64,000 nt of DNA from an uncultured Halocynthiibacter sp. (GCA_947503035.1 CANNCD010000005.1:50208-114207), one strand, 5' to 3'; positions 8,884 to 19,903 are shown, counted from the first letter of the stretch. Translations and numbers: made by a program. The notes: generated from the sequence alone by a model not told the origin.

Positions 8884-9609
8884 ATGACCCAAACGCCTGT
8901 GACGCCGCCTGCGATACTTTCTGATGTGGAGAAAAATGCGACGCCGCCAAACGCGCAACAATTGTTTGAGAGATTAGAACTGGCCATCCACGAGCACCAG
9001 CTGCCGCCCGGCATGAAACTGGGTGAGGATGATATCGCCGATATCTACGGCGTCAGCCGCACAACCGTACGTTCCGCGCTGCAGACATTATCTCACCAAA
9101 GATTGGTCGAGCTCAAACGCAACCGAGGGGCCTTCGTGGCGCAGCCTTCGGTGCAAGAAGCGCGCGACGTGTTTGAGGCGCGTGCGCTGCTCGAGCCGCG
9201 CACCGCCTATTCGGCCGCTGAGCGCGCCACCCCTGAGGATATCGTGAGGTTGCAAGGTCACATCGACGCCGAGCACGAAGCATTGCACGCGGGCAATCAC
9301 GGGCGCGCCATTTATCTGTCAGGTCAGTTTCACATCGCGATTGCCAAGATCGCCGACCAGCACACTATTGAGGCCTTCATCACCCAGTTGATATCACGGT
9401 CCTCCTTGATTGTGGCGCTGTATTGGGAGCGCCGCGCCGCCATGTGTGAGAGCCATGCTCATGATGCTTTGATCTCGGCCTTTGCGGATCAAGATGGGCC
9501 GCGCGCAGAAGAACTGATGAAGAGCCATTTGTTGGACCTCGTCACCTCTCTTGATTTGCGCAACAAAACATCAGCCCCCGTATCGCTCAAGGATGCCCTC
9601 GCCAAATGA
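8884..9609 (+). CDS. GntR family transcriptional regulator with FCD-type C-terminal domain
   Basis: wHTH segment DDIADIYGVSRTTVRSALQTLSHQRLVELKRNRGAFV. Start set at ATG 8884, with alternatives at 8839 and 8863. The ORF-track start at 8770 would place the operator palindrome inside the CDS. Confidence 0.85.
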   Translation: MTQTPVTPPAILSDVEKNATPPNAQQLFERLELAIHEHQLPPGMKLGEDDIADIYGVSRTTVRSALQTLSHQRLVELKRNRGAFVAQPSVQEARDVFEARALLEPRTAYSAAERATPEDIVRLQGHIDAEHEALHAGNHGRAIYLSGQFHIAIAKIADQHTIEAFITQLISRSSLIVALYWERRAAMCESHAHDALISAFADQDGPRAEELMKSHLLDLVTSLDLRNKTSAPVSLKDALAK

Positions 9610-10463
9610 GCCACGCCCTTGCGCCCGAGATCAGTTTTCATACCGCCACGCTAGAACAAGTGGAGCGCATGCTGACTTGGGCCGCGCGTGAAGGTTGGAA
9701 CCCAGGTCTCGATGATGCGCAGGCCTTCTGGGGCGCGGACCCTGCCGGCTTTTTCATCGCAACATTGGCCGGCGACATGGTCGCGGCGATCAGCGTTGTG
9801 AATCACGATGATGACTTGGCGTTTCTTGGACTTTATCTTTGTGAACCCGAGTTTCGCGGACAAGGCATAGGCTTTGCACTTTGGCAACACGCGCTGAAGC
9901 ACGCAGGGTTCCGGACAATCGGGCTGGATGGCGTGACGGCCCAAGAAGCCAATTATCAAAAGTCAGGGTTTGTGCGCGACGGCGCAATCGTACGATTGGA
10001 AGGCGTGCTCGCCGACAAGATGCCTGCGGGCACACGTATGGTCGATTTGACCCACGACGCAGAGCAAATAGCGGCCCTCGACGCGCGGGCCATCGGATAC
10101 CGTCGCCCACGTTTTCTCTCACATTGGGTCACGCAGCACGTGGCCTCCCGCAAGACGATCGTCTCTGAAGGCAGTGATGGGATCACGGGTTTTGCCACCG
10201 TGCGAAACTGCGTGGATGGTGTGAAGATCGGCCCGATTGTGGCCCCAAGCACGCAAACAGCTTGGGCGCTTTTAACGGCAGCAGCAGCAATGTTTGACCG
10301 CCCAAAGGTCAGCGTCGACCTGCCAGACACACAGAGAAAACTCATGGCGATGTTGCAAGCCCATGGTTTCGAAGCCACATTCCAAACCGCGCACATGTTT
10401 CGCGGCCCGACGCCCGCTACATCCCACACCTACCGCGCCGTGGCCTCAATGGAATGCGGATAG
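9606..10463 (+). CDS. GNAT family N-acetyltransferase (two-domain, YitH-like architecture)
   Basis: 285 aa. Acetyl-CoA motif A-like FRGQGIGFALWQHAL. ATGA start/stop overlap with the GntR gene. Confidence 0.7.
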   Translation: MSHALAPEISFHTATLEQVERMLTWAAREGWNPGLDDAQAFWGADPAGFFIATLAGDMVAAISVVNHDDDLAFLGLYLCEPEFRGQGIGFALWQHALKHAGFRTIGLDGVTAQEANYQKSGFVRDGAIVRLEGVLADKMPAGTRMVDLTHDAEQIAALDARAIGYRRPRFLSHWVTQHVASRKTIVSEGSDGITGFATVRNCVDGVKIGPIVAPSTQTAWALLTAAAAMFDRPKVSVDLPDTQRKLMAMLQAHGFEATFQTAHMFRGPTPATSHTYRAVASMECG

Positions 10464-10612
10464 TCTCAAAATATGTTCAATCTGTGAACTTATGTATTAG
10501 ATTTGGTTGCGGGAGGGCGCAACCGCCGTAAATTTCCTCGATTGAAATGCACGCTTTAGAAGGGCGAACACATTTAATGGAGAGCGGTTGTCGTCCCGCG
10601 CCTCTAAGCGAC

Positions 10613-12349
10613 TTAACGAGTGAGTAAAGTTTCATTTTTTGAATGTCGACCTACCGCTTTTACGGCTTCAAATTGAGAGAGAAAAACAAAACCTGTGAGG
10701 TCGCTTAAGAATTGCTCCGATCCAAGATGATCCATAACTGGCCCTTTCACTTCTGAAAGATGAAGTTTCACATCCATCTCATTTAGTACCTTGTTAATCG
10801 TCTCCAGTGCCTCAAGCGCGCTGAGATCAATGTCGTTCACCGCTGAGCATTGCAAGATCACATGACGTACCGCTGTATCCCCCATAACCCTATTGTAGAT
10901 CGCCTCTTCTAGGTAGTGCGCATTGGCGAAATAAAGGCTTTCATCGACACGCAGGCTGATCACGCTCGGATCCGTCTGAACGTCATGTCGCAGCACATTA
11001 CGAAAATGTTCCGTTCCTTCAATAAGACCAACTTCGGCAATATGGGGCTTTGATGTCCGGTATAGGTGGAGCAAAATTGACACCCCTACTCCGACTGAGA
11101 CACCGGCCTCAACGCCGAACCCCAAGGTCAGAATGAGTGTCACGAACACGGCCGCAAAGTCCGGTTTTGAATACGACCAGCTCCGGCGTAGAACACTGAA
11201 ATCAACCAAATTGGCCACCGCGACAATGATCGTGGCCGCCAGTGTTGCCTTAGGTAGGAAATAGATCAGTGGGGTCAAGAAAAGCGCGGCACAGGCCAAC
11301 CCGATCGCCGTAAAGGCCCCCGCCGCAGGTGTTGCAGCCCCCGCATCAAAATTCACCACCGACCGAGAGAAACCGCCGGTCACCGGGAAGCCGCCCGTGA
11401 GAGATGCACCGATATTCGCAGCGCCCAATCCAATCAACTCCTGGTCTGGGTCAATTCGCTCGCGTTTTTTAGCCGCTAGAGTTTGAGCCACAGCAATAGA
11501 TTCCACGAAACCAATGATCGAGATTAAGATCGCTGGCATCACCAATGCATCTAATAACTCTGTGGACAAAGACGGGAACGTCAATGGAGGCAAACTCTGA
11601 GGTACCTCCCCGACAATTCGGACACCTTTGTTCATCAGTCCCGCGAGCCATACAGCGAGGGTTGTGAGAACGACAACGAAAATAGGTCCAATCTTGACGA
11701 CGGCCCCAGCCAAGGGTGCCCCTACCCCTAGCCTGCTCAAAAGTGGCTTCAACCCAAGCCGCATCCAGAACAAAAATGCAGTAGCACAAACGCCAATCAC
11801 GGCTGTATAGATGTTTGTTTGCGAAATGTTTTTACTCAATGACTGCATCAACTGCCACAAGCTTTGGCCAGATGCGTCGATGCCGAGGATATGTTGAATT
11901 TGGCTTGCGGCGATAATAATCCCTGATGCCGAGACAAACCCAGACATCACAGGATGAGAAAGAAAATTCGCGATAAATCCAAGGCGAAGCATGCCCATCA
12001 CAAGCAAGATAAGCCCAGACAATCCCGCCAGAGAAAGCGCAGCAATCGCGTATCCCATTGTACCTTGTTCAGCGATCTGGCTGAGCGTTGCGGCGGTCAT
12101 CAGGGAAACAACAGCAACAGGACCAACAGCAAGTGCGCTGCTTGTCCCAAAGATCGCATAGAGGATGATCGGCGCTATGGACGCATATAGGCCTGCCTCG
12201 GGAGGCAGGCCAGCAAGCAATGCATAGGCCAAAGATTGCGGGATAAGCATGACCGTGACGATCACAGCAGCAAGCAGATCCTCCAGCATTATCTTTTTCG
12301 AATAACGCCGGCCCCACGACAATATCGGAACGTAGTTGTGTATCATCAC
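10613..12349 (-). CDS. SulP family anion transporter with C-terminal STAS domain
   Basis: 578 aa with many TM segments. Characteristic SulP N-terminus (LAAVIVTVMLIPQSLAYALLAGLPPEAGLYAS) and a soluble C-terminal STAS-like domain. Confidence 0.9.
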   Translation of the reverse strand: MMIHNYVPILSWGRRYSKKIMLEDLLAAVIVTVMLIPQSLAYALLAGLPPEAGLYASIAPIILYAIFGTSSALAVGPVAVVSLMTAATLSQIAEQGTMGYAIAALSLAGLSGLILLVMGMLRLGFIANFLSHPVMSGFVSASGIIIAASQIQHILGIDASGQSLWQLMQSLSKNISQTNIYTAVIGVCATAFLFWMRLGLKPLLSRLGVGAPLAGAVVKIGPIFVVVLTTLAVWLAGLMNKGVRIVGEVPQSLPPLTFPSLSTELLDALVMPAILISIIGFVESIAVAQTLAAKKRERIDPDQELIGLGAANIGASLTGGFPVTGGFSRSVVNFDAGAATPAAGAFTAIGLACAALFLTPLIYFLPKATLAATIIVAVANLVDFSVLRRSWSYSKPDFAAVFVTLILTLGFGVEAGVSVGVGVSILLHLYRTSKPHIAEVGLIEGTEHFRNVLRHDVQTDPSVISLRVDESLYFANAHYLEEAIYNRVMGDTAVRHVILQCSAVNDIDLSALEALETINKVLNEMDVKLHLSEVKGPVMDHLGSEQFLSDLTGFVFLSQFEAVKAVGRHSKNETLLTR

Positions 12350-12390
12350 GAGCCCTCGAGTTTGCGTGTAGCTGAAGCGCCGCTAGTTTA

Positions 12391-13128
12391 TTAGTGAGTG
12401 AGAACTTGATCTAAGAAGTTCCGTGTCCGCTCATTGGCTGGCGAGGTGAAGAAAGTTTCCGGATCGCTTTCTTCGATGATTTCCCCGGCATCCATAAAGA
12501 TAACACGGTCAGCAACCTTGCGCGCAAAACCCATTTCATGCGTCACGCAGACCATCGTCATGCCTTCTTGGGCCAATGTTTCCATGACATCCAAAACCTC
12601 ACCAATCATCTCGGGATCAAGCGCCGAAGTCGGTTCATCAAAGAGCAAAATTTCCGGCTTCATGCAAAGTGCCCGTGCGATCGCAACACGCTGTTGTTGA
12701 CCGCCAGACAGTTGACCTGGAAATTTGTCGGCTTGGTTGGCGATTTGAACTTTTTCCAAGAATGCCATCGCGGTCGCCTCTGCATCTGCTTGGGTTTCTT
12801 TACGCGCAAGCATCGGTGCAAGCGTGCAGTTTTCCAAAATGGACAGATGCGGGAAGAGATTAAAATGCTGGAAACACATCCCCACCTCACGACGCATTTC
12901 TTCGATATTTGGCGCATCGGCGTTGATCGGGTCACCGTTGATCAATATCTCGCCGGATTGATGCTCTTCGAGCTGGTTGATCGTGCGGATCATCGTTGAC
13001 TTACCTGAACCAGACGGCCCGCAAACCACGATTTTCTCACCCTTTTTCACCGAAAGATTAATGCCCTTCAAGGCATGAAACGTTCCGTAAAACTTGTTCA
13101 CATCTTTCATTTCTACTGCATAAGTCAT
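12391..13128 (-). CDS. polar amino-acid ABC transporter ATP-binding protein (GlnQ/AapP-like); no cognate permease adjacent
   Basis: Walker [10 protein letters not shown], signature [15 protein letters not shown], Walker [12 protein letters not shown]. At 245 aa it is typical of PAAT-family ATPases. Confidence 0.9.
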   Translation of the reverse strand: MTYAVEMKDVNKFYGTFHALKGINLSVKKGEKIVVCGPSGSGKSTMIRTINQLEEHQSGEILINGDPINADAPNIEEMRREVGMCFQHFNLFPHLSILENCTLAPMLARKETQADAEATAMAFLEKVQIANQADKFPGQLSGGQQQRVAIARALCMKPEILLFDEPTSALDPEMIGEVLDVMETLAQEGMTMVCVTHEMGFARKVADRVIFMDAGEIIEESDPETFFTSPANERTRNFLDQVLTH

Positions 13129-13143
13129 AGGCGATCCTTTTGT

Positions 13144-13500
13144 TTACGATTTAACGGCGGCGGTAACGATGATTTCTACCTTCAACACATCGCGGGCAAG
13201 CTTGGCTTCGCCGCAGGCGCGGGCAGGCGCATGGCCGGCAGGCACCCAAGCATCCCAAACCGCGTTCATTTCAGCGAAATGAGCCATGTCAGACACCCAA
13301 ATTACAGCCTGAAGAATGTGTTCGCGGTCTGAGCCTGCCTCCGCAAGAAGCGCATCTACACGCGCCAGACAGTCAGCGGTTTGCTCGGCGACGCTGTCAC
13401 CCGCGCCGACTTGACCACAAAGGTAGGCGACACCGTTGTGTTTGACGATTTTGCTCATGCGTTCAGATGTGTGAATGCGTTCAATCATTGGGTTTTCCAA
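13144..13500 (-). CDS. RidA/YjgF family (reactive enamine/imine deaminase-like) protein
   Basis: 118-aa ORF with RidA-family features. The start could instead be 13488. Confidence 0.8.
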   Translation of the reverse strand: MENPMIERIHTSERMSKIVKHNGVAYLCGQVGAGDSVAEQTADCLARVDALLAEAGSDREHILQAVIWVSDMAHFAEMNAVWDAWVPAGHAPARACGEAKLARDVLKVEIIVTAAVKS

Positions 13501-15400
13501 TCAAGTTTCGTGCGCCAAGCGCCTCGTGGATTTCGGTTAAAATCATTGTGTCATCAATCGCTGCGGGTATCTTGTAAGTCTTGCCGTTTGCGATTTTTTG
13601 CATCGTCCCACGCAACACTTTGCCTGATCGCGTTTTGGGCAAACGTTTTACCGGCACAGCCAATTTAAACGCCGCAACTGCGCCAATCTTGGCACGGACC
13701 AACTGAACCAGTTCTTTTTCCAAGTCAGCAGGGTCGCGATCCACACCATCGTTCACAACAAAAAATCCGAGCGGCATCTGTCCCTTAAGCGCATCGGCTG
13801 CACCCACCACTGCGCATTCGGCGATGTCTTCATGCCCCGAGATAACTTCCTCCATCGCGCCGGTGGACAACCGGTGCCCTGCGACATTGATGATGTCATC
13901 TGTGCGCGCCATGATAAAAACATATCCGTCTTCGTCGATCATACCAGCGTCAGATGTCGCATAATACCCAGGGAACTCCTCCATATAGGAGGATCGGAAA
14001 CGCTCTTCAGCATTCCACAATGTAGGAAATCCCGAAGGGGGCAACGGTAGCTTGCAGACGATATTCCCCAACGTACCAGCTTCTACAGCGTTACCCTCGT
14101 CATCCAGCACACGGATATCGTAACCAGGCATTGGTTTCCCAGGTGAACCAAGCTTGATCGGAAATGCCCCCAGCCCCACAGGGTTGCCAGACATGGCCCA
14201 TCCGGTTTCGGTTTGCCACCAATGGTCGATAACAAGACGGTCGAGTTTCTCCTGCGCCCATTCAATCGTCGCCGGATCAGATCGTTCACCCGCCAAGAAC
14301 AAGGTCCTGAAGTTGCTTAGATCGTAATCCTGAATAAGCAGCCCCGAGGGATCAACCTTTTTGATCGCGCGAAGCGCGGTCGGTGCGGTGAACATCGCCG
14401 CGACTTTGTGGTCTTGGATCACGCGCCAGAACGCCCCAGCATCCGGTGTGCCAACGGGTTTGCCCTCAAAGACAACCGTTGCACTGCCATTCAGCAATGG
14501 TCCGTAGCAGATATAGGAATGGCCAACGACCCAACCCACATCAGAGGCGGCCCAGAAGGTTTCTCCCGGTTTGATATCATAGTGATACTCCATCGACCAA
14601 CGCAGCGCGACCATATGCCCGCCATTGTCGCGAACAACGCCTTTGGGCTGGCCCGTCGTGCCCGATGTATAAAGGATATAAAGCGGATCAGTCGCCTCGA
14701 CCGGCACACATTCTGTACCCTCGCCAGCCGCAATGGCAGATTGAACCGATTGCGCGTAATCAACATCGCGCCCTTCGATCAGCTCACATGTCTGGGTATC
14801 GCGTTGCAAGATCACACAGTGATCAGGCTTGGCCGATGCGATTTCAATCGCTTCATCCAATAACGGCTTATAGGCGATCACCCGATTTGGCTCGATCCCA
14901 CAGGACGCCGAAATGATCGCTTTTGGAGCAGCATCGTCAATTCGGGTTGCCAATTCGCGCGCAGCAAAACCACCGAATACAACCGAATGGATCGCACCAA
15001 GGCGCGCACAGGCCAGCATCGCAAAGATCGCCTCAGGCACCATTGGCATGTATATAATAACACGATCACCTTTGGTGACGCCTAGCCCACGCAGAACAGA
15101 CGCCAACGCGCTGACCTCGTCCTTGGTTTGGGCATAGGAATAGGTTTTCGCGGTTCCCGTAACAGGGCTATCATAAATAACAGCCGCGCGGTCGCCGTGG
15201 CCGGCTTCGACATGGCGATCAACGCAGTTGTAACAGGTATTGCATGTCGCCCCATCAAACCAACGCCCATAGGCGCCTTTGTCGGAATTGAACGTGGACG
15301 TCGGCGGGGTGAACCAATCAATTGCTTTAGCGGCATTGGCCCAAAAGGCCGCGGGATCCGCCTGCCAATCGGCATAGGTTTGTGGGTATTTCGACATCAT
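13481..15400 (-). CDS. prpE: propionate--CoA ligase-like acyl-CoA synthetase (AMP-forming)
   Basis: 639 aa. The N-terminus ([16 protein letters not shown]...[10 protein letters not shown]) resembles PrpE/Acs. AMP-binding motif [11 protein letters not shown]. Confidence 0.8.
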   Translation of the reverse strand: MMSKYPQTYADWQADPAAFWANAAKAIDWFTPPTSTFNSDKGAYGRWFDGATCNTCYNCVDRHVEAGHGDRAAVIYDSPVTGTAKTYSYAQTKDEVSALASVLRGLGVTKGDRVIIYMPMVPEAIFAMLACARLGAIHSVVFGGFAARELATRIDDAAPKAIISASCGIEPNRVIAYKPLLDEAIEIASAKPDHCVILQRDTQTCELIEGRDVDYAQSVQSAIAAGEGTECVPVEATDPLYILYTSGTTGQPKGVVRDNGGHMVALRWSMEYHYDIKPGETFWAASDVGWVVGHSYICYGPLLNGSATVVFEGKPVGTPDAGAFWRVIQDHKVAAMFTAPTALRAIKKVDPSGLLIQDYDLSNFRTLFLAGERSDPATIEWAQEKLDRLVIDHWWQTETGWAMSGNPVGLGAFPIKLGSPGKPMPGYDIRVLDDEGNAVEAGTLGNIVCKLPLPPSGFPTLWNAEERFRSSYMEEFPGYYATSDAGMIDEDGYVFIMARTDDIINVAGHRLSTGAMEEVISGHEDIAECAVVGAADALKGQMPLGFFVVNDGVDRDPADLEKELVQLVRAKIGAVAAFKLAVPVKRLPKTRSGKVLRGTMQKIANGKTYKIPAAIDDTMILTEIHEALGARNLIGKPND

Positions 15401-15405
15401 TTACC

Positions 15406-16158
15406 TCAGCACGTGTAGTTCATACCAATGCGCCCACCATCCACATAGATGGTTTCGCCAGTGATATATTTGGCTTTTTTGCTCGCGAGAAATGCGACGG
15501 CATCGCCAATATCACGTGGCTCGCCGACACGTTTCAGAGGCGTACGCGACATAACCATTTTCATGGCTTCTGGGTTTGCATTCACGCCGGCCATCATTTC
15601 GGTATCGATCGAACCAGGTCCAACAGCATTCACCCGAATATTGTGCGGAGCCAATGCCAGCGCCGTCGCCTTGGTCAACTGCATCACACCGCCCTTTGAG
15701 GCACAATACGCAGGGATTGACGGGATTGCGACGACCGCATTGATGGACGACATATTCACAATCGCGCCCTCAATGTTATTGGCGGCCATGGTTTTTGCAG
15801 CACGTTGAAGTGCAAGGAACGTCCCAGTGAGATTAACGTCGATCACCTTTTGAAAGCTCTCGAGCGACGTTTCAAGAAAATCTCCCGGCATCGCGATGCC
15901 CGCGTTGTTCACAAGAATTTCAACAGGGCCATGCTCTGCTTCGATTGCGTCGAACATGGCTTCGATCTGCGCAGGATCCCCCATGTCACAGGCCATGCCA
16001 ACGGCACCACCACCAAGTTTTTCGGCCGCTGCCGCGACACCTTCGGCGTTGATATCTGCCAAAATCACCTTTGCACCATCTTCTGCGATGGCTTCTGCAC
16101 AGGCATAGCCGATCCCTTGGGCGGCGCCCGTGACCAATGCGATTGGTTGTTTGCTCAT
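15406..16158 (-). CDS. SDR family oxidoreductase (FabG-like)
   Basis: TGxxxGxG motif (ALVTGAAQGIGYA) and catalytic YxxxK (YCASKGGV). Confidence 0.9.
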   Translation of the reverse strand: MSKQPIALVTGAAQGIGYACAEAIAEDGAKVILADINAEGVAAAAEKLGGGAVGMACDMGDPAQIEAMFDAIEAEHGPVEILVNNAGIAMPGDFLETSLESFQKVIDVNLTGTFLALQRAAKTMAANNIEGAIVNMSSINAVVAIPSIPAYCASKGGVMQLTKATALALAPHNIRVNAVGPGSIDTEMMAGVNANPEAMKMVMSRTPLKRVGEPRDIGDAVAFLASKKAKYITGETIYVDGGRIGMNYTC

Positions 16159-16166
16159 GTCATGTC

Positions 16167-17813
16167 CTACTTTTTCAGACCGTAAACGCCGGTCGCTTGC
16201 TCTTCTGTGATGAATCCAGCGGCCAGATCTTGGGCCACTTCCGTTTTGTCGCGCGCGCTTGGCGCGCCATATCCGCCCCCTCCTGGGAGGCTGAGTTTGA
16301 GACGTTGGCCATTTTTGACCAACTGGCGCCCCTTGCTTCTCATCTTGGTGCCATCTGAAAGTTCGACCTGTCCCTTGGCACCCGCATGGCCACCTTCGCG
16401 ACCGCGCGCGGGATTTTCCACCCGATCGAACATGGCGTTAAAGTAAAAGTCATAGCCTTCGCGGGGTTCGATTTCGATGTTCTGACCAAGGCCGCCCCGA
16501 AAGGCCCCCGCCCCGCCTGATCCCTCACGAAGATCTTTTCGCCACACTGTGATCGGGCCAACGTGCTCGGTCGCTTCGACGCTCATCGTCGACACACCAG
16601 ATGGGAAGGCCGTCGCAGACAATCCGTCCAATGTTGGGCGGGCCCCTGTCCCGCCAGAGTTGAACATCAGGACCTCGGCATTCGGCAAACCGCTTGCGGG
16701 GTCACTGGCGCGTGCCGAAATTTGGATATTCCAAAGTGCGCTTGCCCCCTCGGCGGGAACTGTGTCGGGCATCGCTTGGTGCAAAGCGCCCAGCACCACA
16801 TCAGGCACCAAATGTCCCAAGACATGGCGCACCGAAACCGGAGCAGGTCGACGCGCGGCCAAGATGCATCCCTCAGGAGCGGTAATTTCAAAGGGTTCAA
16901 GTGAACCCGAGTTATTCGGCACCTCTGCCGCAATCGCGCATTTCAAGCCATAGCACGCATAGGCACGTGTGTAGACCTCGGGAACGTTTACGCCAAAGCG
17001 GCTCATGCCTGAGGTACCATCAAAATCGGCTTTGATTTTATCCCCAGCGACATCCAAACGCACAACCATATTGACCGGTGCATCATACCCATCCACCTGC
17101 ATAGAATGACGAAACGTGCCATCGGGAACTTTGGCGATGGCCTCATGGGTGGCTTTGCGCGATGTCTCAATCACGAAATCCGACAGACCCTCCAGATCAG
17201 AGATGCCAAATTCGCCCATCATGGTCTGTAAGCGGCGATCCCCTGCCTCGTTACAGGCCGCTAGAGAATAAAGATCGCCGACCACTTGATCCGGTTCACG
17301 CACGTTAGAGCGCACCATACGGATAAGATCCTTGGACACGTTTCCCCGTTCGGCGAACTTCATGATCGGGATCAAGAGACCCTCTTCATACACTTCGTTC
17401 GCGTCAGGCCCAAAACCCCGACCACCAATATCCACAACATGCGCAGTACAGGCAAAGAAACCGATGTGTTGGCCGTTGCGAAACGTTGGCGACACAACCG
17501 TAATGTCGTGAAGGTGCCCCGTGCCAAGCCATGGGTCGTTGGTGATGAAAACGTCGTTTTCAAATACGTTATCCAGTCCCAGCTCACGTACAAAATGCGT
17601 CACGCTCTCGGCCATTGCGTTCACGTGACCTGGCGTGCCGGTGACCGCCTGCGCCATCATTCGGCCTTGGCGATCAAAAAGCCCTGCCGACAAATCGCCC
17701 GCTTCGCGCACTGAGGTTGAAAAAGCGGTTCGGATCAATGTCGTGGCTTGTTCTTCGACAACCGCAATCAAGCGGTTCCACATGATTTGATAATCGATTG
17801 CTGTCGGGCTCAT
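16167..17813 (-). CDS. hyuB: hydantoinase B/oxoprolinase family protein (ATP-dependent lactam/hydantoin hydrolase beta-type subunit)
   Basis: 548 aa with a HyuB-family N-terminus (IMWNRLIAVVEEQATTLIRTAFSTSVREAGDLSAGLFD). 4-nt overlap with hyuA. Confidence 0.9.
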   Translation of the reverse strand: MSPTAIDYQIMWNRLIAVVEEQATTLIRTAFSTSVREAGDLSAGLFDRQGRMMAQAVTGTPGHVNAMAESVTHFVRELGLDNVFENDVFITNDPWLGTGHLHDITVVSPTFRNGQHIGFFACTAHVVDIGGRGFGPDANEVYEEGLLIPIMKFAERGNVSKDLIRMVRSNVREPDQVVGDLYSLAACNEAGDRRLQTMMGEFGISDLEGLSDFVIETSRKATHEAIAKVPDGTFRHSMQVDGYDAPVNMVVRLDVAGDKIKADFDGTSGMSRFGVNVPEVYTRAYACYGLKCAIAAEVPNNSGSLEPFEITAPEGCILAARRPAPVSVRHVLGHLVPDVVLGALHQAMPDTVPAEGASALWNIQISARASDPASGLPNAEVLMFNSGGTGARPTLDGLSATAFPSGVSTMSVEATEHVGPITVWRKDLREGSGGAGAFRGGLGQNIEIEPREGYDFYFNAMFDRVENPARGREGGHAGAKGQVELSDGTKMRSKGRQLVKNGQRLKLSLPGGGGYGAPSARDKTEVAQDLAAGFITEEQATGVYGLKK

Positions 17814-19903
17814 AGTGCGTCTCCCTTGCGGCGCAGCAGCAAGCTGCCGTCGCCTTGGCCAATCGCCGTATAGGCGGATGTGACAATTGTGGTGGTCTCA
17901 TTTTCGATAATCACGGCGGGGCCTGCGACAGATTTCCCAGCGCTCATTTCGCTACGCTCTACTTCGCGCGCATCCACGGTGCTTCGCAGTGCAGCGTCAT
18001 AGAATTGACGTGTCCGTCGCTCTGTTGCTGCATCTCCCGATGCGAAATGCGCGGCCTTTGCAACATCAGGCAGCACGGATGCAACCACAAGCGACCAGTT
18101 GGTGATTTCAATCGCAAGCCCATCGATGGTCCGGCCAAACAACATTTCATATGCGGCTTCAAACGCATCTTGGATCTCTGATTTATCCGAGTCCGCAAAC
18201 GGTTTGTACGGTAGGGACACTGGGATTTCCCAACCCTGCCCCGCATATCGCATAAACGCAGTCAGTTTAGATGAGGTATCCGCGTCCTTGGCCCCTGCTT
18301 CAACAAAAGCGCGGGCCTCTTGCTCCAGCTCAGCCAAAGCTGAGTTCACTGCAGCGCCATTGAAATCAGCGAGTTGCTGAAACAATCCGCGCGTAGCTTC
18401 ATAACTGAAGGGGGCCTTCAGGAAGCCAATCGCAGAACCAACACCCGCACCTGGCGGAATGATCAAATCACGTATGCCGAGTTTTTCACAGAGACGACAG
18501 GCATGAAGCGGTGCCCCACCTCCGAAACCGATCATGGTAAAATGTTCAATATCACGGCCATTTTCAACCGTGTGAACACGCGCCGCGTTGGCCATGTTTT
18601 CGTCAACCATTTCAGTAACACCAAAGGCGGCGTCGCTGCTTGTAATACTCAAAGTTTCGCCAAGTTTCGCAGCCACGGCAGTGTCCGATGCGTCAGGGTG
18701 CAGTTGGATCGCACCTCCCGCGAAATTGTTTGGATCAAGGCGACCCAAAAGCAGGTTCGCATCCGTCACAGTTGGCTCTTCTCCGCCTCGGCCATAGCAC
18801 GCCGGGCCTGGCTCTGAGGCCGCGGATCGAGGTCCAACTTGGATTCGGTTCATGCTGTCGATGGACGCAATTGAACCGCCTCCCGCGCCGATCTCGACCA
18901 TTTCAACAACGGGTGTGGACACGGTCATGCCCGAGCCTTTTTTGAAACGATATGTACGCGCGACTTCGAAGGTATTCGCCGTCTTGGGCGCACCATCTTC
19001 GATCAAGCAAATCTTGGCAGTGGTGCCCCCCATATCAAAGCTCAAGACTTTGTCGAGATCATGCGCCCGCGCAAAATCGGCGGCAAAAATTGCGCCCCCT
19101 GCGGGACCAGATTCAAGCAGACGGACAGGCTGTTCTGCGGCTGTTTCTACCGAAATCAAACCACCCCCAGAATGTAACATAAAGACTGGGGCCGCGACGC
19201 CGGCGCCACGAAGGCGGGCGACCAAACGTCCAAGATAATCCGCGACCTGTGGTTGTACATATGCGTTTGCGATCACTGTATTAAACCGTGGCAGTTCGCG
19301 CATTTGTGGCGAAATCACAGATGAGATCGAAATCGACAAATCAGGGGCCGCAGTACGCAATGCATCCGCCATCTGACGTTCGTGCGCATCATTGGCATAG
19401 GAGTGCATCAACCCAATCGCGACGGCTTCAAAGTCGCCGGCCAGAATGGTTTGTACCATTGCGTCCACGTCGTCTTGCTCAAGCGGCAACAGGACCTCGC
19501 CACTTGCGCCGATCCGTTCATTCAATGTGAAACGATCCTGACGAGGCACCATCGGCTTTGGCAGGTTAAGGTTCAGGTCATACTGCTCAAACCGATTTTC
19601 AGAACGCATTTCGATGACGTCGCGAAAACCTTCGGTCGTGATAAACGCCAGCTTTGCTCCGCGACGCTCAATCAAAGAGTTCGTCACCAAAGTGGTGCCG
19701 TGGATCACTTGATCAATATCAGACAATTCGATCCCAGCCTGTTTGGAAGCCAAGGCAATTCCATCCAAAATCGCCTGTTCAGGTTGAGTGTAGTTGGTCA
19801 GAACTTTGCACGTCGAAAGCCCGCCCGCATGTTGCAATGCAACATCCGTAAAGGTGCCGCCGATATCCACGCCGACGCGTGTAGAAGCCAGTGTCATAGT
19901 CAA
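17810..19903 (-). CDS. hyuA: hydantoinase A/oxoprolinase family protein (ATPase subunit)
   Basis: 697 aa with the sugar-kinase/actin-fold phosphate motif VGVDIGGTFTD. 4-nt overlaps on both sides. Confidence 0.9.
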   Translation of the reverse strand: MTMTLASTRVGVDIGGTFTDVALQHAGGLSTCKVLTNYTQPEQAILDGIALASKQAGIELSDIDQVIHGTTLVTNSLIERRGAKLAFITTEGFRDVIEMRSENRFEQYDLNLNLPKPMVPRQDRFTLNERIGASGEVLLPLEQDDVDAMVQTILAGDFEAVAIGLMHSYANDAHERQMADALRTAAPDLSISISSVISPQMRELPRFNTVIANAYVQPQVADYLGRLVARLRGAGVAAPVFMLHSGGGLISVETAAEQPVRLLESGPAGGAIFAADFARAHDLDKVLSFDMGGTTAKICLIEDGAPKTANTFEVARTYRFKKGSGMTVSTPVVEMVEIGAGGGSIASIDSMNRIQVGPRSAASEPGPACYGRGGEEPTVTDANLLLGRLDPNNFAGGAIQLHPDASDTAVAAKLGETLSITSSDAAFGVTEMVDENMANAARVHTVENGRDIEHFTMIGFGGGAPLHACRLCEKLGIRDLIIPPGAGVGSAIGFLKAPFSYEATRGLFQQLADFNGAAVNSALAELEQEARAFVEAGAKDADTSSKLTAFMRYAGQGWEIPVSLPYKPFADSDKSEIQDAFEAAYEMLFGRTIDGLAIEITNWSLVVASVLPDVAKAAHFASGDAATERRTRQFYDAALRSTVDAREVERSEMSAGKSVAGPAVIIENETTTIVTSAYTAIGQGDGSLLLRRKGDAL

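Noticed and set aside
10505-10524. Hairpin GGTTGCG-GGAGGG-CGCAACC between the convergent GNAT and SulP genes, considered as a terminator.
   Set aside because: The stem is only 7 bp and no T-tract follows on either strand. It may still be an RNA structure, but I cannot support a terminator call.
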